DNA of 62,476 bases, counting the filler, from Candidatus Omnitrophota bacterium (GTDB taxonomy: Bacteria > Omnitrophota > Gorgyraeia > Zapsychrales > Zapsychraceae), in NCBI GenBank assembly GCA_015233495.1. It is 3 parts of 3 records of this genome, joined end to end, with 100 filler letters (N's around TTAATTAATTAA, not from the genome) between each part and the next. Parts side by side here need not be neighbours in the genome. Positions count along the whole stretch, not along the records: positions 42,228 to 62,476 come from JADFXQ010000033.1; 2 more parts are not named here. One strand, given 5' to 3'. A program made the position numbers and the translations under genes. Positions 51,377 to 60,617 of this stretch are shown here, piece after piece. Each line of letters starts with the position of its first letter. Within the stretch, counting starts at the first letter, position 1. The notes beneath the pieces were generated by a model that made no database searches, had not been told where the DNA came from, and saw nothing but the letters and a program-made list of their open reading frames with translations.

Positions 51377-51526
51377 AATAAACGTTTCCTAAATCCCTAA
51401 ATCCGTACTTGCAACGACATCGTGGCAAAACCGCGCGCCTATATCGAATCGCGATACCTCACATAGGAACCCATCGGGAATTCCGCAACAATCCGCGACG
51501 GGCGCTTACAAGGGGCGCCCCTACAA

Positions 51527-51766
51527 TTAATGATGTTTGAATCCGACCATATCCATCAACCGCGTCATCAAACTAAAAAACGCGGGCGGGACTTCCGTTT
51601 GAAAAGCTTGCACAATGTCGCGCTCTTCCACCTGTTTGGCGCCGCGGGCCACCGCGATATTTTCAGCTTCTTTATTGACGACTTCTTCCGCAATGCCGCG
51701 ATGAAACATTGGCATTTTTTTAATCATGGCATCGTATTTTTGTTTTGCCGTGGATTCCCAATTCAT
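51527..51766 (-). CDS. Small PCP_red-like helical domain protein
   Basis: W...A......K.P.F.R........E..A...G...V motif. Confidence 0.65.
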   Translation of the reverse strand: MNWESTAKQKYDAMIKKMPMFHRGIAEEVVNKEAENIAVARGAKQVEERDIVQAFQTEVPPAFFSLMTRLMDMVGFKHH

Positions 51767-51858
51767 AGATCACCTCGATTATTTTGATAAAAAATTCGGC
51801 GCAAAAATCCCAAGCACTTTGTCAGAACAAAAATCAAAACGGCTGACGGAGTTTTTAG

Positions 51859-53340
51859 TCAAAACCAATGCGCGACCAAAGGTTTTCCGCCAGGTGTTTC
51901 ATCAACGCAAATATGTTTCGCTTGCGTGTATTCCAATAAGCCGTCTGTGCCCAACTCACGGCCAAACCCGCTCTGCTTATAACCACCAAACGGCGCTTCA
52001 TTATAAAATCCGCCGTAAGTGTTTACCCAAACCGTGCCGCAGCGCATTTGCCGGGCAACCCGGTTCGCTTTTGCCTGATCTTTGGACCAAACGCAGGCGG
52101 CCAAACCATAGGGCGTGTCATTGGCAATCCGGACAGCTTGTTCTTCCGTTGAGAATTTAATCACCGTTAAAACCGGGCCGAAAATTTCCTCCTGTGCCGC
52201 AGTCATGTCATTCCTCATATCCGCCAAAATTGTCGGCTCGATATAATAACCCCGGCGCAAGATTTCACCGGAGGGAATTTTGCCGCCGCAAATCAACCGT
52301 CCGCCTTGCTGAATCGCCAGATCGATATATTTCAAAATTTTTTGTTGCTGCGCCGGATGAATGACCGGGCCGAAATCCGTAGTCGAATCAAGACTGTCGC
52401 CGATTTTTAAAGAACGGGTTTTCGCGGCCAATTGCTCCAGAAAGGCGTCATAAATTTTTTCGTCCAGCAAAAGCCGCGAACCGGCCGTGCACATCTGGCC
52501 TTGATTCATGAATATCCCGGCCATTGTCCCGCCGAGAGCCGCGTCCATATCACAATCCGCGAACACAATATTCGGCGATTTCCCGCCGAGCTCTAAAGAT
52601 AATTTTTTGAGAGTTCCGGCGGCTTGCGCCATCAAGGCCTTCCCGGTTTCCGTGCCGCCGGTAAAACTGATCATGTCAACCAAAGGGCTTTTGATCATTT
52701 CCGTCCCGACATTATGATCGGAACTCGTCACAATATTCAAAACTCCCGCCGGCAAACCAATATCTGAAATCAACTCCGCAAGACGGCTGATCGCCACCGA
52801 CGCGTGTTGAGATGGTTTAAAAACAATCGTATTTCCCGCTGCCAAGGCCGGAGCGACTTTCCATCCGAACATGATCAAAGGAAAATTCCACGGAATGATC
52901 ATGCCCACAACGCCGGCCGGTTCGCGGCGAGTGATGCTCTTAACCGACGCCGGCACCGGATTGATCCGGTCTTCCAGCCATGGTCCCGCATTGCTGAAAC
53001 ATTCAAACGTATCCGCGCAAGTCGGAACATCAATAAAAATGGTTTGCTTAAAAGTTTTTCCCGTGTCCCGGCTTTCCAATTCCGCCAATTCCTTGGCATT
53101 GCGGCGGATGATCTCCGCGATTTTTTTCAAATAAATCCCGCGTTCCGCAGGGGTCATGCCGGACCACAAACCAGCATCAAAGGCTTGCCGGGCTGCGGCA
53201 ATTGCCGCTATTATATCCGCAATACCCGCGTCGGACACACTAGCGAATATCTCGCCATTCGACGGATTTATACTGTCAAAGAACGCGCCTGATATAGCCG
53301 GCCTTAACTGCCCATTGATCCATGTCAGATATTGTTTCAT
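51859..53340 (-). CDS. Aldehyde dehydrogenase
   Basis: PWNFP, FTGGT, LELGGKSP, NQGQMC, EEIFGPV, PFGGYKQSG. Confidence 0.96.
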   Translation of the reverse strand: MKQYLTWINGQLRPAISGAFFDSINPSNGEIFASVSDAGIADIIAAIAAARQAFDAGLWSGMTPAERGIYLKKIAEIIRRNAKELAELESRDTGKTFKQTIFIDVPTCADTFECFSNAGPWLEDRINPVPASVKSITRREPAGVVGMIIPWNFPLIMFGWKVAPALAAGNTIVFKPSQHASVAISRLAELISDIGLPAGVLNIVTSSDHNVGTEMIKSPLVDMISFTGGTETGKALMAQAAGTLKKLSLELGGKSPNIVFADCDMDAALGGTMAGIFMNQGQMCTAGSRLLLDEKIYDAFLEQLAAKTRSLKIGDSLDSTTDFGPVIHPAQQQKILKYIDLAIQQGGRLICGGKIPSGEILRRGYYIEPTILADMRNDMTAAQEEIFGPVLTVIKFSTEEQAVRIANDTPYGLAACVWSKDQAKANRVARQMRCGTVWVNTYGGFYNEAPFGGYKQSGFGRELGTDGLLEYTQAKHICVDETPGGKPLVAHWF

Positions 53341-53346
53341 GCTGGT

Positions 53347-54351
53347 TTATTTCACCGGTACCTGCGTCCACAATTCAAACAACCTACTGCACGGCGCGTA
53401 AAATTTGGAAATCCTGCCAAAATCACCGCGCAGGATCATTTTTTTCTGGGTGGTAGCCACAAAAGGATCGATTTCCCGACGAAACACCGAGGTCCAAACC
53501 TCCCGGGTGGCGGTAATCAAAAATTCGGCGTTCTCATCCTTGTCGACCTTGTGAATCTTGCCTTTATCAAAATGAAAACGGAAAACCTCGGAGGTCTCCT
53601 GCATCTTTACTGCCAAATCCATAGTCATATTGGCCTTGGCGCCTAAATCCCCGAGCAGAGAGTCCGCGTTGACTAACCGGACAATTTCATCAATTTGGGC
53701 TTGGGAAAACAAATCATACGTCTTGGAGTTTGAACGCGGAGCCTGACTCGTGGCGTTTATCTCAGGACTCAAGGCGCGGATCTCGGAAGCCCGCATGGCC
53801 TGAGCAATACATTCAATTTTAACGGCATCTTCCAATCCTTGAATTATTAAAAAACAATCAAAGAGACTCTTGCCCATGGCAAGAACCCCGTGCCGGCCTA
53901 ATACAACAATCTGGCTGATTTTTAATTTATCGATCACGGGAGCAGTATCCAAAACATTGGGCGCCGTCTGCGGTATGGCTTCAATTTCGCCAAACCAGAA
54001 TTTAGATTCAAAAATCCGCGGCGTAAATATTTTATGCTCCAAAAAATACGCGTTGATATAGTTCGTATGCGTGTGAATAACCGCGGTTGTCTCCGGAAAA
54101 TTTCGATAAACATCCAAATGCAATCGTTTTTCTGACGATGCCTGTCCGGGTTCAAGCGGATTCCCCTGCCCATCAATCAACAGCACGTCTTTTTCTTCCA
54201 GATAGCCAAAACAGGTCTTGGTCGCGGTGAGCAAAAAACGGTTTTCTCCGACGCGTAAACTCACGTTGCCGTTTAAAACCGAGCCCAAATCCTTGTCCCA
54301 AAGCAACTGGCTGATACGGATAATTTCTTGTTTTTGAGAATCATTAGACAT
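53347..54351 (-). CDS. Class II aldolase/adducin fused to a C-terminal SCP2-like lipid-binding domain
   Basis: GNVS.R, SSE..LH, VIHTHT, HGV (Zn ligands). The C-terminus FLITAT..VW......IDPFVA..QKKM.LRGD is SCP2-like. Confidence 0.82.
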   Translation of the reverse strand: MSNDSQKQEIIRISQLLWDKDLGSVLNGNVSLRVGENRFLLTATKTCFGYLEEKDVLLIDGQGNPLEPGQASSEKRLHLDVYRNFPETTAVIHTHTNYINAYFLEHKIFTPRIFESKFWFGEIEAIPQTAPNVLDTAPVIDKLKISQIVVLGRHGVLAMGKSLFDCFLIIQGLEDAVKIECIAQAMRASEIRALSPEINATSQAPRSNSKTYDLFSQAQIDEIVRLVNADSLLGDLGAKANMTMDLAVKMQETSEVFRFHFDKGKIHKVDKDENAEFLITATREVWTSVFRREIDPFVATTQKKMILRGDFGRISKFYAPCSRLFELWTQVPVK

Positions 54352-54847
54352 AATATTTTTTACTCACGAATTCTCTTGTCGGCACGAATGTTTTGACGCC
54401 CTTCGGGGCTACGCGTTTCCCCATAAAGAAAGCCAAATCCTGCGCAACAGCAGAGACCTTCGGCTGAGGATCCATCGGCACCGCTTTTACCGGGATTTGA
54501 TGACGCAGAGCCAAAACTGCCAAAATCAATGAACCAATAGCCGCATAGCTGCCCTGTTCATCCGATGATTCATACGCGATATATACTTCCTTCACCAGAT
54601 CTTTGGCGAACAAAAATCCCGCCATATTGTCGCAAATCAAAGTCGGCGTTATCCCGATTTTGTTTAACCGGCGGCAGTTGATCTGGGCCGCTTGTAAAGA
54701 CGGGCGGCCTTCCATAATATAAAACGTCTCTTGCAAACGGGTTTTTAAACCCTCAATAAAACGCGGCTCAAAAATACCGTGCAATAAGACAATCGAACGT
54801 TGCTTGGCCTTAAAATCCTCATGATAAAGCACTTCGTGTTTACTCAT
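54344..54847 (-). CDS. Short MtnA/eIF2B-like protein (degenerate Rossmann domain only)
   Basis: EGRPSLQAA, TLICDNMAGFL and IGSLILAVLA..HQIPV parallel the MtnA C-terminal domain; catalytic motifs are absent. Confidence 0.7.
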   Translation of the reverse strand: MSKHEVLYHEDFKAKQRSIVLLHGIFEPRFIEGLKTRLQETFYIMEGRPSLQAAQINCRRLNKIGITPTLICDNMAGFLFAKDLVKEVYIAYESSDEQGSYAAIGSLILAVLALRHQIPVKAVPMDPQPKVSAVAQDLAFFMGKRVAPKGVKTFVPTREFVSKKYYV

Positions 54848-55823
54848 TTTCTTTCACTCCGATCGCAATAGCGGATGTAATCAAATCGTGCGGTATCACG
54901 TCAAAACCGGGATAAAACGCGCCGCACTTTCCCCGGATGGTCTTCCGGCCTTCAAATTTAAGCAATTCATCTTTATGCCGAATTTCCACTGGGATGTCCC
55001 GCAGGGAGCGGATTTTATCCGACGGCTGGGTCAAGACATGAAACGGGATGCCAAACTGCCGGGCTAAAACCGCGATTTGATAAGTGCCGATTTTATTCGC
55101 GAAATCCCCATTGGCGCAGGATCGGTCTGACCCGACAATAACCTTATTGACTTTGCCGTCCGCCATAAGCGCTGCTACCGCGTTGTCCGCGACTAAAGTG
55201 ACATCCGCGCCCAGCAATCCCAATTCCCAAGCGGTTAATTTAGCGCCTTGAAAATACGGCCGGGTTTCCGTCGCAAAAATACTCACGTTTTTCTTGTCCG
55301 TTTTACAAATCGCGGCGGCCATGGCCAATTCGCCGCTCACATTGCAATGCGTTAAAATACGATCTTGATCCTGAATAATCGCGGCAATCCGGTTTACTCG
55401 GTCAAGTCGTTTGCCGCGGATGCTTTCCAAATATCCTTCCGTATTCCGCTTCACAAACGGACTGATTTTTAATTTGCTGTCGATCGCCATGACCGCCCAA
55501 CGCGCAACAATTCCGGTCACTTCGGAAAAAGGAAAAGTCGGACGGCTCTTATTCAATTTTTGCGCTACCTCTTGTATACGCGCTAATTTCTTTGCTTCGG
55601 ACAATTGCTTTTGATCCATCAGCCGGATTTCCAAAAGAAACGCATTCAAAACCACCAAAAACTGCCCAAACGCCCGCGTCTTCATCTCCCGGATGACTTT
55701 GACGGCCCCGTCGACATTCTTGACGCGGATATACCTAATTTTCTCGGGAATCAGGGTCTCATCCAACACATTGAGCCCGTCATTTTTCAAAACTGCCGGC
55801 CAAAATAAGGGCGATTCTTTCAT
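54840..55823 (-). CDS. mtnA: Methylthioribose/5-deoxyribose-1-phosphate isomerase-like (eIF2B family)
   Basis: SRPT, LTHCN, ETRPYFQGAKLTAWEL, GSDR, ANKIGTY, FDVIP.DLI. Confidence 0.85.
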   Translation of the reverse strand: MKESPLFWPAVLKNDGLNVLDETLIPEKIRYIRVKNVDGAVKVIREMKTRAFGQFLVVLNAFLLEIRLMDQKQLSEAKKLARIQEVAQKLNKSRPTFPFSEVTGIVARWAVMAIDSKLKISPFVKRNTEGYLESIRGKRLDRVNRIAAIIQDQDRILTHCNVSGELAMAAAICKTDKKNVSIFATETRPYFQGAKLTAWELGLLGADVTLVADNAVAALMADGKVNKVIVGSDRSCANGDFANKIGTYQIAVLARQFGIPFHVLTQPSDKIRSLRDIPVEIRHKDELLKFEGRKTIRGKCGAFYPGFDVIPHDLITSAIAIGVKENE

Positions 55824-55862
55824 AATTACCTCGGGGTTAATATCCAGGAATATTAACGGGCA

Positions 55863-56615
55863 TCATTTCCCTGCCAATTGCTTCACCAATTCCAACGCCA
55901 CATTGATCGTCGCGGTTTCCGCGAAATAATAATTGGGATTCATGAATCCCATTTCGCCGGTGATAACATTGTCGCTAACCGCTAAAATAACCGCCGCCGG
56001 AATTTTGTACATCTGGCAAATAGTTAAAAACGCGGCGCTGACCATGTCCACGGCAATCGCGCCCTGGTCAACGGCCTTGCCGACATTTTCTCTGGTCTCC
56101 CGCAAGATCGCGTCAGTTGTCCAACAAGCGCCTTGATGCACTTTGCCCATCGGATTGGCCCCGGCAATCTTTTGCAATAAATCGCTCAACTTTTTATCCG
56201 CGGTCGGGACAAATTTATTATCCACATAATATTGCGTGACGCCTTCGCCGCGTAAAGCCGTGGTCGCGACAATCAGGTCGCCCACCTTGATGTCTTCGCG
56301 TAAAGCGCCGCAGCTGCCCACCCGGATCATGGCTTGTACCTGGGCATTGCATAAAATTTCCGTCGTGATCGACGTGTCCGCCGCGAAACGGCCGCCGTTG
56401 ATCGTCGTCAACTTGATCCCGGAAAACATCCCGGTGAACATCGTATATTCCATAAAGCTGAAATTCTTGACCGGATTTTCCAATTTCTTAACCACCGCTT
56501 CCATCCGCTCTCTGGGCCCCGGGACAATCGCGTATTTACCCACATCTTCGGGACGCAATTGCACCATTCCCATTAAATCTTGTCCTGTCATGTGAACGTC
56601 TTTACGCATATTCAT
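55863..56615 (-). CDS. Nucleoside phosphorylase (PNP/UDP family)
   Basis: PGP.ER, IRVGSCGAL, R.EG.T..Y, TTDA..RET, AVDM, VSDN. Confidence 0.88.
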   Translation of the reverse strand: MNMRKDVHMTGQDLMGMVQLRPEDVGKYAIVPGPRERMEAVVKKLENPVKNFSFMEYTMFTGMFSGIKLTTINGGRFAADTSITTEILCNAQVQAMIRVGSCGALREDIKVGDLIVATTALRGEGVTQYYVDNKFVPTADKKLSDLLQKIAGANPMGKVHQGACWTTDAILRETRENVGKAVDQGAIAVDMVSAAFLTICQMYKIPAAVILAVSDNVITGEMGFMNPNYYFAETATINVALELVKQLAGK

Positions 56616-56630
56616 TTTTTGCCCTTTCAT

Positions 56631-56707
56631 GTAAGGGCCGACCTTGCCTGTCCCCGTAAGGGGATGTCGGCCCCTTTGCGTCGGGCGGACACCGGGTCCG
56701 CCCCTAC
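56631..56707. repeat. GTAG-type REP doublet (variant)
   Basis: GGGCGGACACCGGGTCCGCCCCTAC paired with GTAAGGGCCGAC...GTCGGCCC. Confidence 0.65.
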
Positions 56708-58197
56708 GCTAACAACGATTTATCTATTTTACCAACCCGATTTTTTGCCAACTGCTCCCGGATTTCCACCACCTGCGGAACCTTAAAATGGGCCAACCGG
56801 TCCCGGCAAACATAACGCAGGTCTTCCGGCGAAACTTGCTGTCCTTCCTTCAATACCACAAACGCTTTCACCGATTCCCCGCGCAGCGCGTCCGGCACCC
56901 CGATCACCGCAGCTTCCGCCACTGCCGAATGCTGATACAACACTGACTCCACTTCCGGCGCATAAACAATTTGACCGCCGACCTTAATCATTTCTTTTTT
57001 GCGGCCAACGATATAAAGGAAACCCGCCGCGTCAAACCGTCCCAAATCTCCGGTATATAAACCTTCCGGCCGTTTCATTTCCGCTGTTGCTTCCGGGTCT
57101 TTGTAATATTCTTGCATCACAATCCAGCCGCTGATGACAATTTCCCCAATTTCTCCGGTTGGGACAACTTGCCCCGCTGCATCTAAAATTCGGATCACAC
57201 AATTCGGCGCGGGTTTGCCTACACTATCGATATTGTCACTGTCCAACGGCGTTACTGTGTTCGGCGGACAAGTTTCCGTCATTCCCCAGCCGTTCAGTAA
57301 CCGCGCATTTGGACAATGCTGATGAAAACGTTGTAAAATCTCCGGCGAACTCGGCGCGCCAAACACCACTATCCAGCGCAAAGATGACAGATCATACATT
57401 CCTAAATTTTTCAAAGTCAAAATCGCCGTGTACATCGGCGGGACAATGTGAAAACAGGTGACTTGGTATTGCACAATCTTTTCCAAAAATTCAATGGGAT
57501 TAAACCGATCCATCAAAATCAAAGTGATCCCAAAATGAATGCAATTTTGCAAATAAATAAACCCGCCGATATGGCTAAGCGGAATCGCCGCCAATTTCAC
57601 GTCGCGATCCGAAAGATCCACAAAATACTGCATGGCCGCCGGAGAACCTTCCAGATGTTTATAATTGAGCAGAATGCCTTTGGGCTTGCCGGTGGTGCCG
57701 GAAGTATACATGATCAAAGCCGGGTCTATATCGGCGACCAAAGCCGGCTTAAACGGGTTATGGGTTGTTGTTGATATTTTCTCAAAGGCCCAAGCGCCTT
57801 CATCGATCGATCCAACGGCAATAATTTTTTGTAAATGACTTGTCCCATTTTTTACCGTTTGCCAATCTATCCCGGTTTTAGAACGCGCAATCAATACCTT
57901 GGACTCGGAGTGGCTTAAACAGGAAATCAACTCTTCTTCTTTCAACTGAAAGTCTAAGGGGACACAAACCGCGCCCAGATAAAAACCCGCCAAATAAGCA
58001 TAAGCGAACTCCAGACAATTTGGTAAATAGATCGCGACCTTATCCCCTTTTCCGACGCCAATTGCGCATAAACCTGCGGCTAAATGCAAAACCTGCTCAT
58101 GAAATTGACGAAAAGAAACCTGCTGTTCGCCAAAAATCAAAGCCGGTTTATCCGCATAGTTTTTAGATTGTAAATGTAAAATTTCCGTTAATAACAT
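56704..58197 (-). CDS. AMP-dependent acyl-CoA ligase (ANL superfamily)
   Basis: YTSGTTGKPKG, WGMTET, TGDLG, GRKKEMI, GKIDK. Confidence 0.95.
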   Translation of the reverse strand: MLLTEILHLQSKNYADKPALIFGEQQVSFRQFHEQVLHLAAGLCAIGVGKGDKVAIYLPNCLEFAYAYLAGFYLGAVCVPLDFQLKEEELISCLSHSESKVLIARSKTGIDWQTVKNGTSHLQKIIAVGSIDEGAWAFEKISTTTHNPFKPALVADIDPALIMYTSGTTGKPKGILLNYKHLEGSPAAMQYFVDLSDRDVKLAAIPLSHIGGFIYLQNCIHFGITLILMDRFNPIEFLEKIVQYQVTCFHIVPPMYTAILTLKNLGMYDLSSLRWIVVFGAPSSPEILQRFHQHCPNARLLNGWGMTETCPPNTVTPLDSDNIDSVGKPAPNCVIRILDAAGQVVPTGEIGEIVISGWIVMQEYYKDPEATAEMKRPEGLYTGDLGRFDAAGFLYIVGRKKEMIKVGGQIVYAPEVESVLYQHSAVAEAAVIGVPDALRGESVKAFVVLKEGQQVSPEDLRYVCRDRLAHFKVPQVVEIREQLAKNRVGKIDKSLLA

Positions 58198-58220
58198 AAA
58201 TTAAATCCCATGCCTTTCGC

Positions 58221-58273
58221 ATAGTATTAAAATTTTACTATTTCGATTTTAATAAAGAGTTGCATTTTGTCAA
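58221..58273 (-). promoter_or_regulatory. Putative cluster promoter with downstream palindromic operator
   Basis: TTGACA-N16-TAAAAT on the minus strand (58273-58246); ATAGTA-N9-TACTAT at 58221-58241. Confidence 0.55.
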
Positions 58274-58299
58274 GGCTTATTATGCACGATAAACAGGAA

Positions 58300-59022
58300 T
58301 TACCGCGAGGCGCCGAAAAGCAGGAAAAATTTATCCTCTGCATCTTCAACATACTCAACCCAAATCGACCTTCCGTCGCTATTCCGGATTTGGCGGCGCT
58401 CACCCGGTTGGCGGCGTAAAAGGACGCGCGACTCCATCGGTAAAGCTTCGGAATCCGCGGACAAATTTTGTTCGATTTCAATTTTCAGTTCTTTATCCGT
58501 GGCGTTCGGATCCGGTTGTTTGTGACTGACAACATTCACTTGATTCAAATGAACTGCGCTTGGCAAAGGAAACGTGTTAACGGACGTCGAAGATAAAACA
58601 AAAACCGGGACTTCTACCCGGGGCAGGGCATCATTTTCTGTGGGCGCTTTATTAAAATCCGCAAAAGAAACTTTATTGGGCGGGTCTTTTGCGACTCGCG
58701 GCTCGTAAACGATTTTTTTGGGAACCGCGTAGACCAGCTGATATCCTTGCGGATACCGCTCTTGCCAGGCTGTTTCATATTTATTCAACAATGTTGAAAC
58801 CGCCTCTTGCTTGGGTAACAACCGCTTGCATTTAGCCTGGTAAATATAAAGCACGCCCCAAATGACGGCTAAAGCAAAAGCAAATACGGCTAACTCTAAA
58901 GCGTATTTTAATAAATGCCCCCGAAATCTTTCGGAATACGGCAAAACAGAACGAAGGTTTCGCGGTTTTATTTTAGGCAAAGGAGAAGCGGATTTTTTAA
59001 GCCTTTTTTTGCGCATGGTCAA
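58300..59022 (-). CDS. Hypothetical single-pass membrane protein
   Basis: One TM helix; coupled to the padR stop codon. Confidence 0.55.
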   Translation of the reverse strand: MTMRKKRLKKSASPLPKIKPRNLRSVLPYSERFRGHLLKYALELAVFAFALAVIWGVLYIYQAKCKRLLPKQEAVSTLLNKYETAWQERYPQGYQLVYAVPKKIVYEPRVAKDPPNKVSFADFNKAPTENDALPRVEVPVFVLSSTSVNTFPLPSAVHLNQVNVVSHKQPDPNATDKELKIEIEQNLSADSEALPMESRVLLRRQPGERRQIRNSDGRSIWVEYVEDAEDKFFLLFGASR

Positions 59023-59549
59023 ATCTCAGATTTACCGGTAAGCACCTCGGCCAAACGCCGAATCGATTTGATTTCCGCTTCCACCAAGTCCAAATCATGA
59101 TCGAGGATAATCAACAAATGCTTGCGGCCTGATTTGACTCCTTGTTTCAATTTAAGCAAGTCCCGGTGAATCCGGCTTAAAAATATCACGCGGCCGCGCA
59201 ATTGTTTTTTAGCTATGGTTTGATCAACATACTGTAAAAAATACAAGGAAAGATCAATATTAAAATAGGGACGTTCAATCGCCAAAAAACTTTCCGTAAT
59301 CAGATGATCAAAAATTTTTTCGCCTTTGGAAGTCAACTGATAAACATATTTTTCCGGCCATTTCCCCTCGCGGCCGACATCCTTGCGCACCAAACCCAGC
59401 TTTTCCATTTTATTCAACGGATAATAGATGGACTTGATCTTCAGGCCGACAAACGGTTTCATTTCTTCATCAATCAACCGTTTGATTTCATAGCCATGTT
59501 TGGGCCCGTCTTTCAACAGGCCGAGAAAAAGCAGTTCATGCTCAATCAT
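59019..59549 (-). CDS. PadR-family transcriptional regulator
   Basis: LGLL..GP.HGYEIK, SIYY.L..MEK.GLV, YQLT.KG. Confidence 0.92.
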   Translation of the reverse strand: MIEHELLFLGLLKDGPKHGYEIKRLIDEEMKPFVGLKIKSIYYPLNKMEKLGLVRKDVGREGKWPEKYVYQLTSKGEKIFDHLITESFLAIERPYFNIDLSLYFLQYVDQTIAKKQLRGRVIFLSRIHRDLLKLKQGVKSGRKHLLIILDHDLDLVEAEIKSIRRLAEVLTGKSEI

Positions 59550-59594
59550 ACGCCCATTCCGGGATCCTTCGGCATAGAACATCCAGCCTCATGT

Positions 59595-60617
59595 CTAAAT
59601 CCCCCGATTAACATAATTTTCCGTATAGGTCAAAATACGGTCCATCATGGCGACGACATTCGGCGGGTTAATCCCCACCGCAGTTTCCGCGGAAAGCATG
59701 ACGTAATCCGCGCCGTCAAAGACCGCGTTCGCCACGTCCGAAACTTCCGCCCGGGTCGGCCGGGTGTTTTCCGTCATAGTTTCGAGCATTTGCGTAGCCA
59801 CAACGCTGATTTTTTTCTGATGATTACAATGGCGAATCATGTATTTTTGTAAAACCGGAATCTGATAAATCGGCAAAGAAACCCCCAAATCGCCGCGCGC
59901 AATCATGATGCCTTGGCCGGCGGATAAAATTTTTTCTAAATTTTTGACCCCTTCCTGATTTTCGATTTTAGCGATGACTTTGCAACCCGGCAATTTTGGC
60001 CGGACAATCTCGATCACGCTCGTAATATCCGGGGCGTTGCGCACAAACGACTGGGCGACCATATCCACGCCATGTTCAATGCCAAATTCCAAATCCCGGC
60101 AGTCTTTCGCGGACATGGTTAAGCGTTTTAATTTCAATCTCGGTATATTCACGCCCTTGCGCGACTTTAAAACTCCGCCTTGCACAACCGACAATTTTAA
60201 AGCCTCGCCAGTGACGCTCTCGACTTTTAACTGCAACGTGCCGTCATCGATAAAAACATCAAATCCCGGCGAAAATAAGCGGAAATCTCCGTCGAAATCG
60301 AACGGAATTCCCCCGCGCCGGAAATCCGCGGGTTTGGTTAAAAAAACTTTTTGACCGGATTGCAACGAGAGGGGCTTGCTTAACTCGCCAATGCGGATCC
60401 GATACCCTTCCAAATCCTGCAATACCTGGACGCCAAACCCATATTGCTTATTATTCTGCTTGATAACAGCGATGCGTTCCTGATGCTCAATATACGTGCC
60501 ATGGGAAAAATTCAACCGGGCAACATTCATGCCCTGTTCCGCCATTTTTTTTAGCACGTTCCGGCTCGTGCTCGCCGGGCCCAGAGTGCAGATGATTTTA
60601 GTTTCGCGTTTTTTCAT
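59595..60617 (-). CDS. pyk: Pyruvate kinase (short form lacking the C domain)
   Basis: TKIICTLGP, RLNFSHG, KGVN, AKIEN, MIARGDLG, ATQML, PTRAEVSDV, MLSAETA. Confidence 0.94.
   Translation of the reverse strand: MKKRETKIICTLGPASTSRNVLKKMAEQGMNVARLNFSHGTYIEHQERIAVIKQNNKQYGFGVQVLQDLEGYRIRIGELSKPLSLQSGQKVFLTKPADFRRGGIPFDFDGDFRLFSPGFDVFIDDGTLQLKVESVTGEALKLSVVQGGVLKSRKGVNIPRLKLKRLTMSAKDCRDLEFGIEHGVDMVAQSFVRNAPDITSVIEIVRPKLPGCKVIAKIENQEGVKNLEKILSAGQGIMIARGDLGVSLPIYQIPVLQKYMIRHCNHQKKISVVATQMLETMTENTRPTRAEVSDVANAVFDGADYVMLSAETAVGINPPNVVAMMDRILTYTENYVNRGI

Noticed and set aside
53347..56615. Fluorometabolite/chlorometabolite pathway
   Set aside because: The enzyme set parallels it, but no SAM-dependent halogenase is present in the window, so halogenation cannot be claimed.
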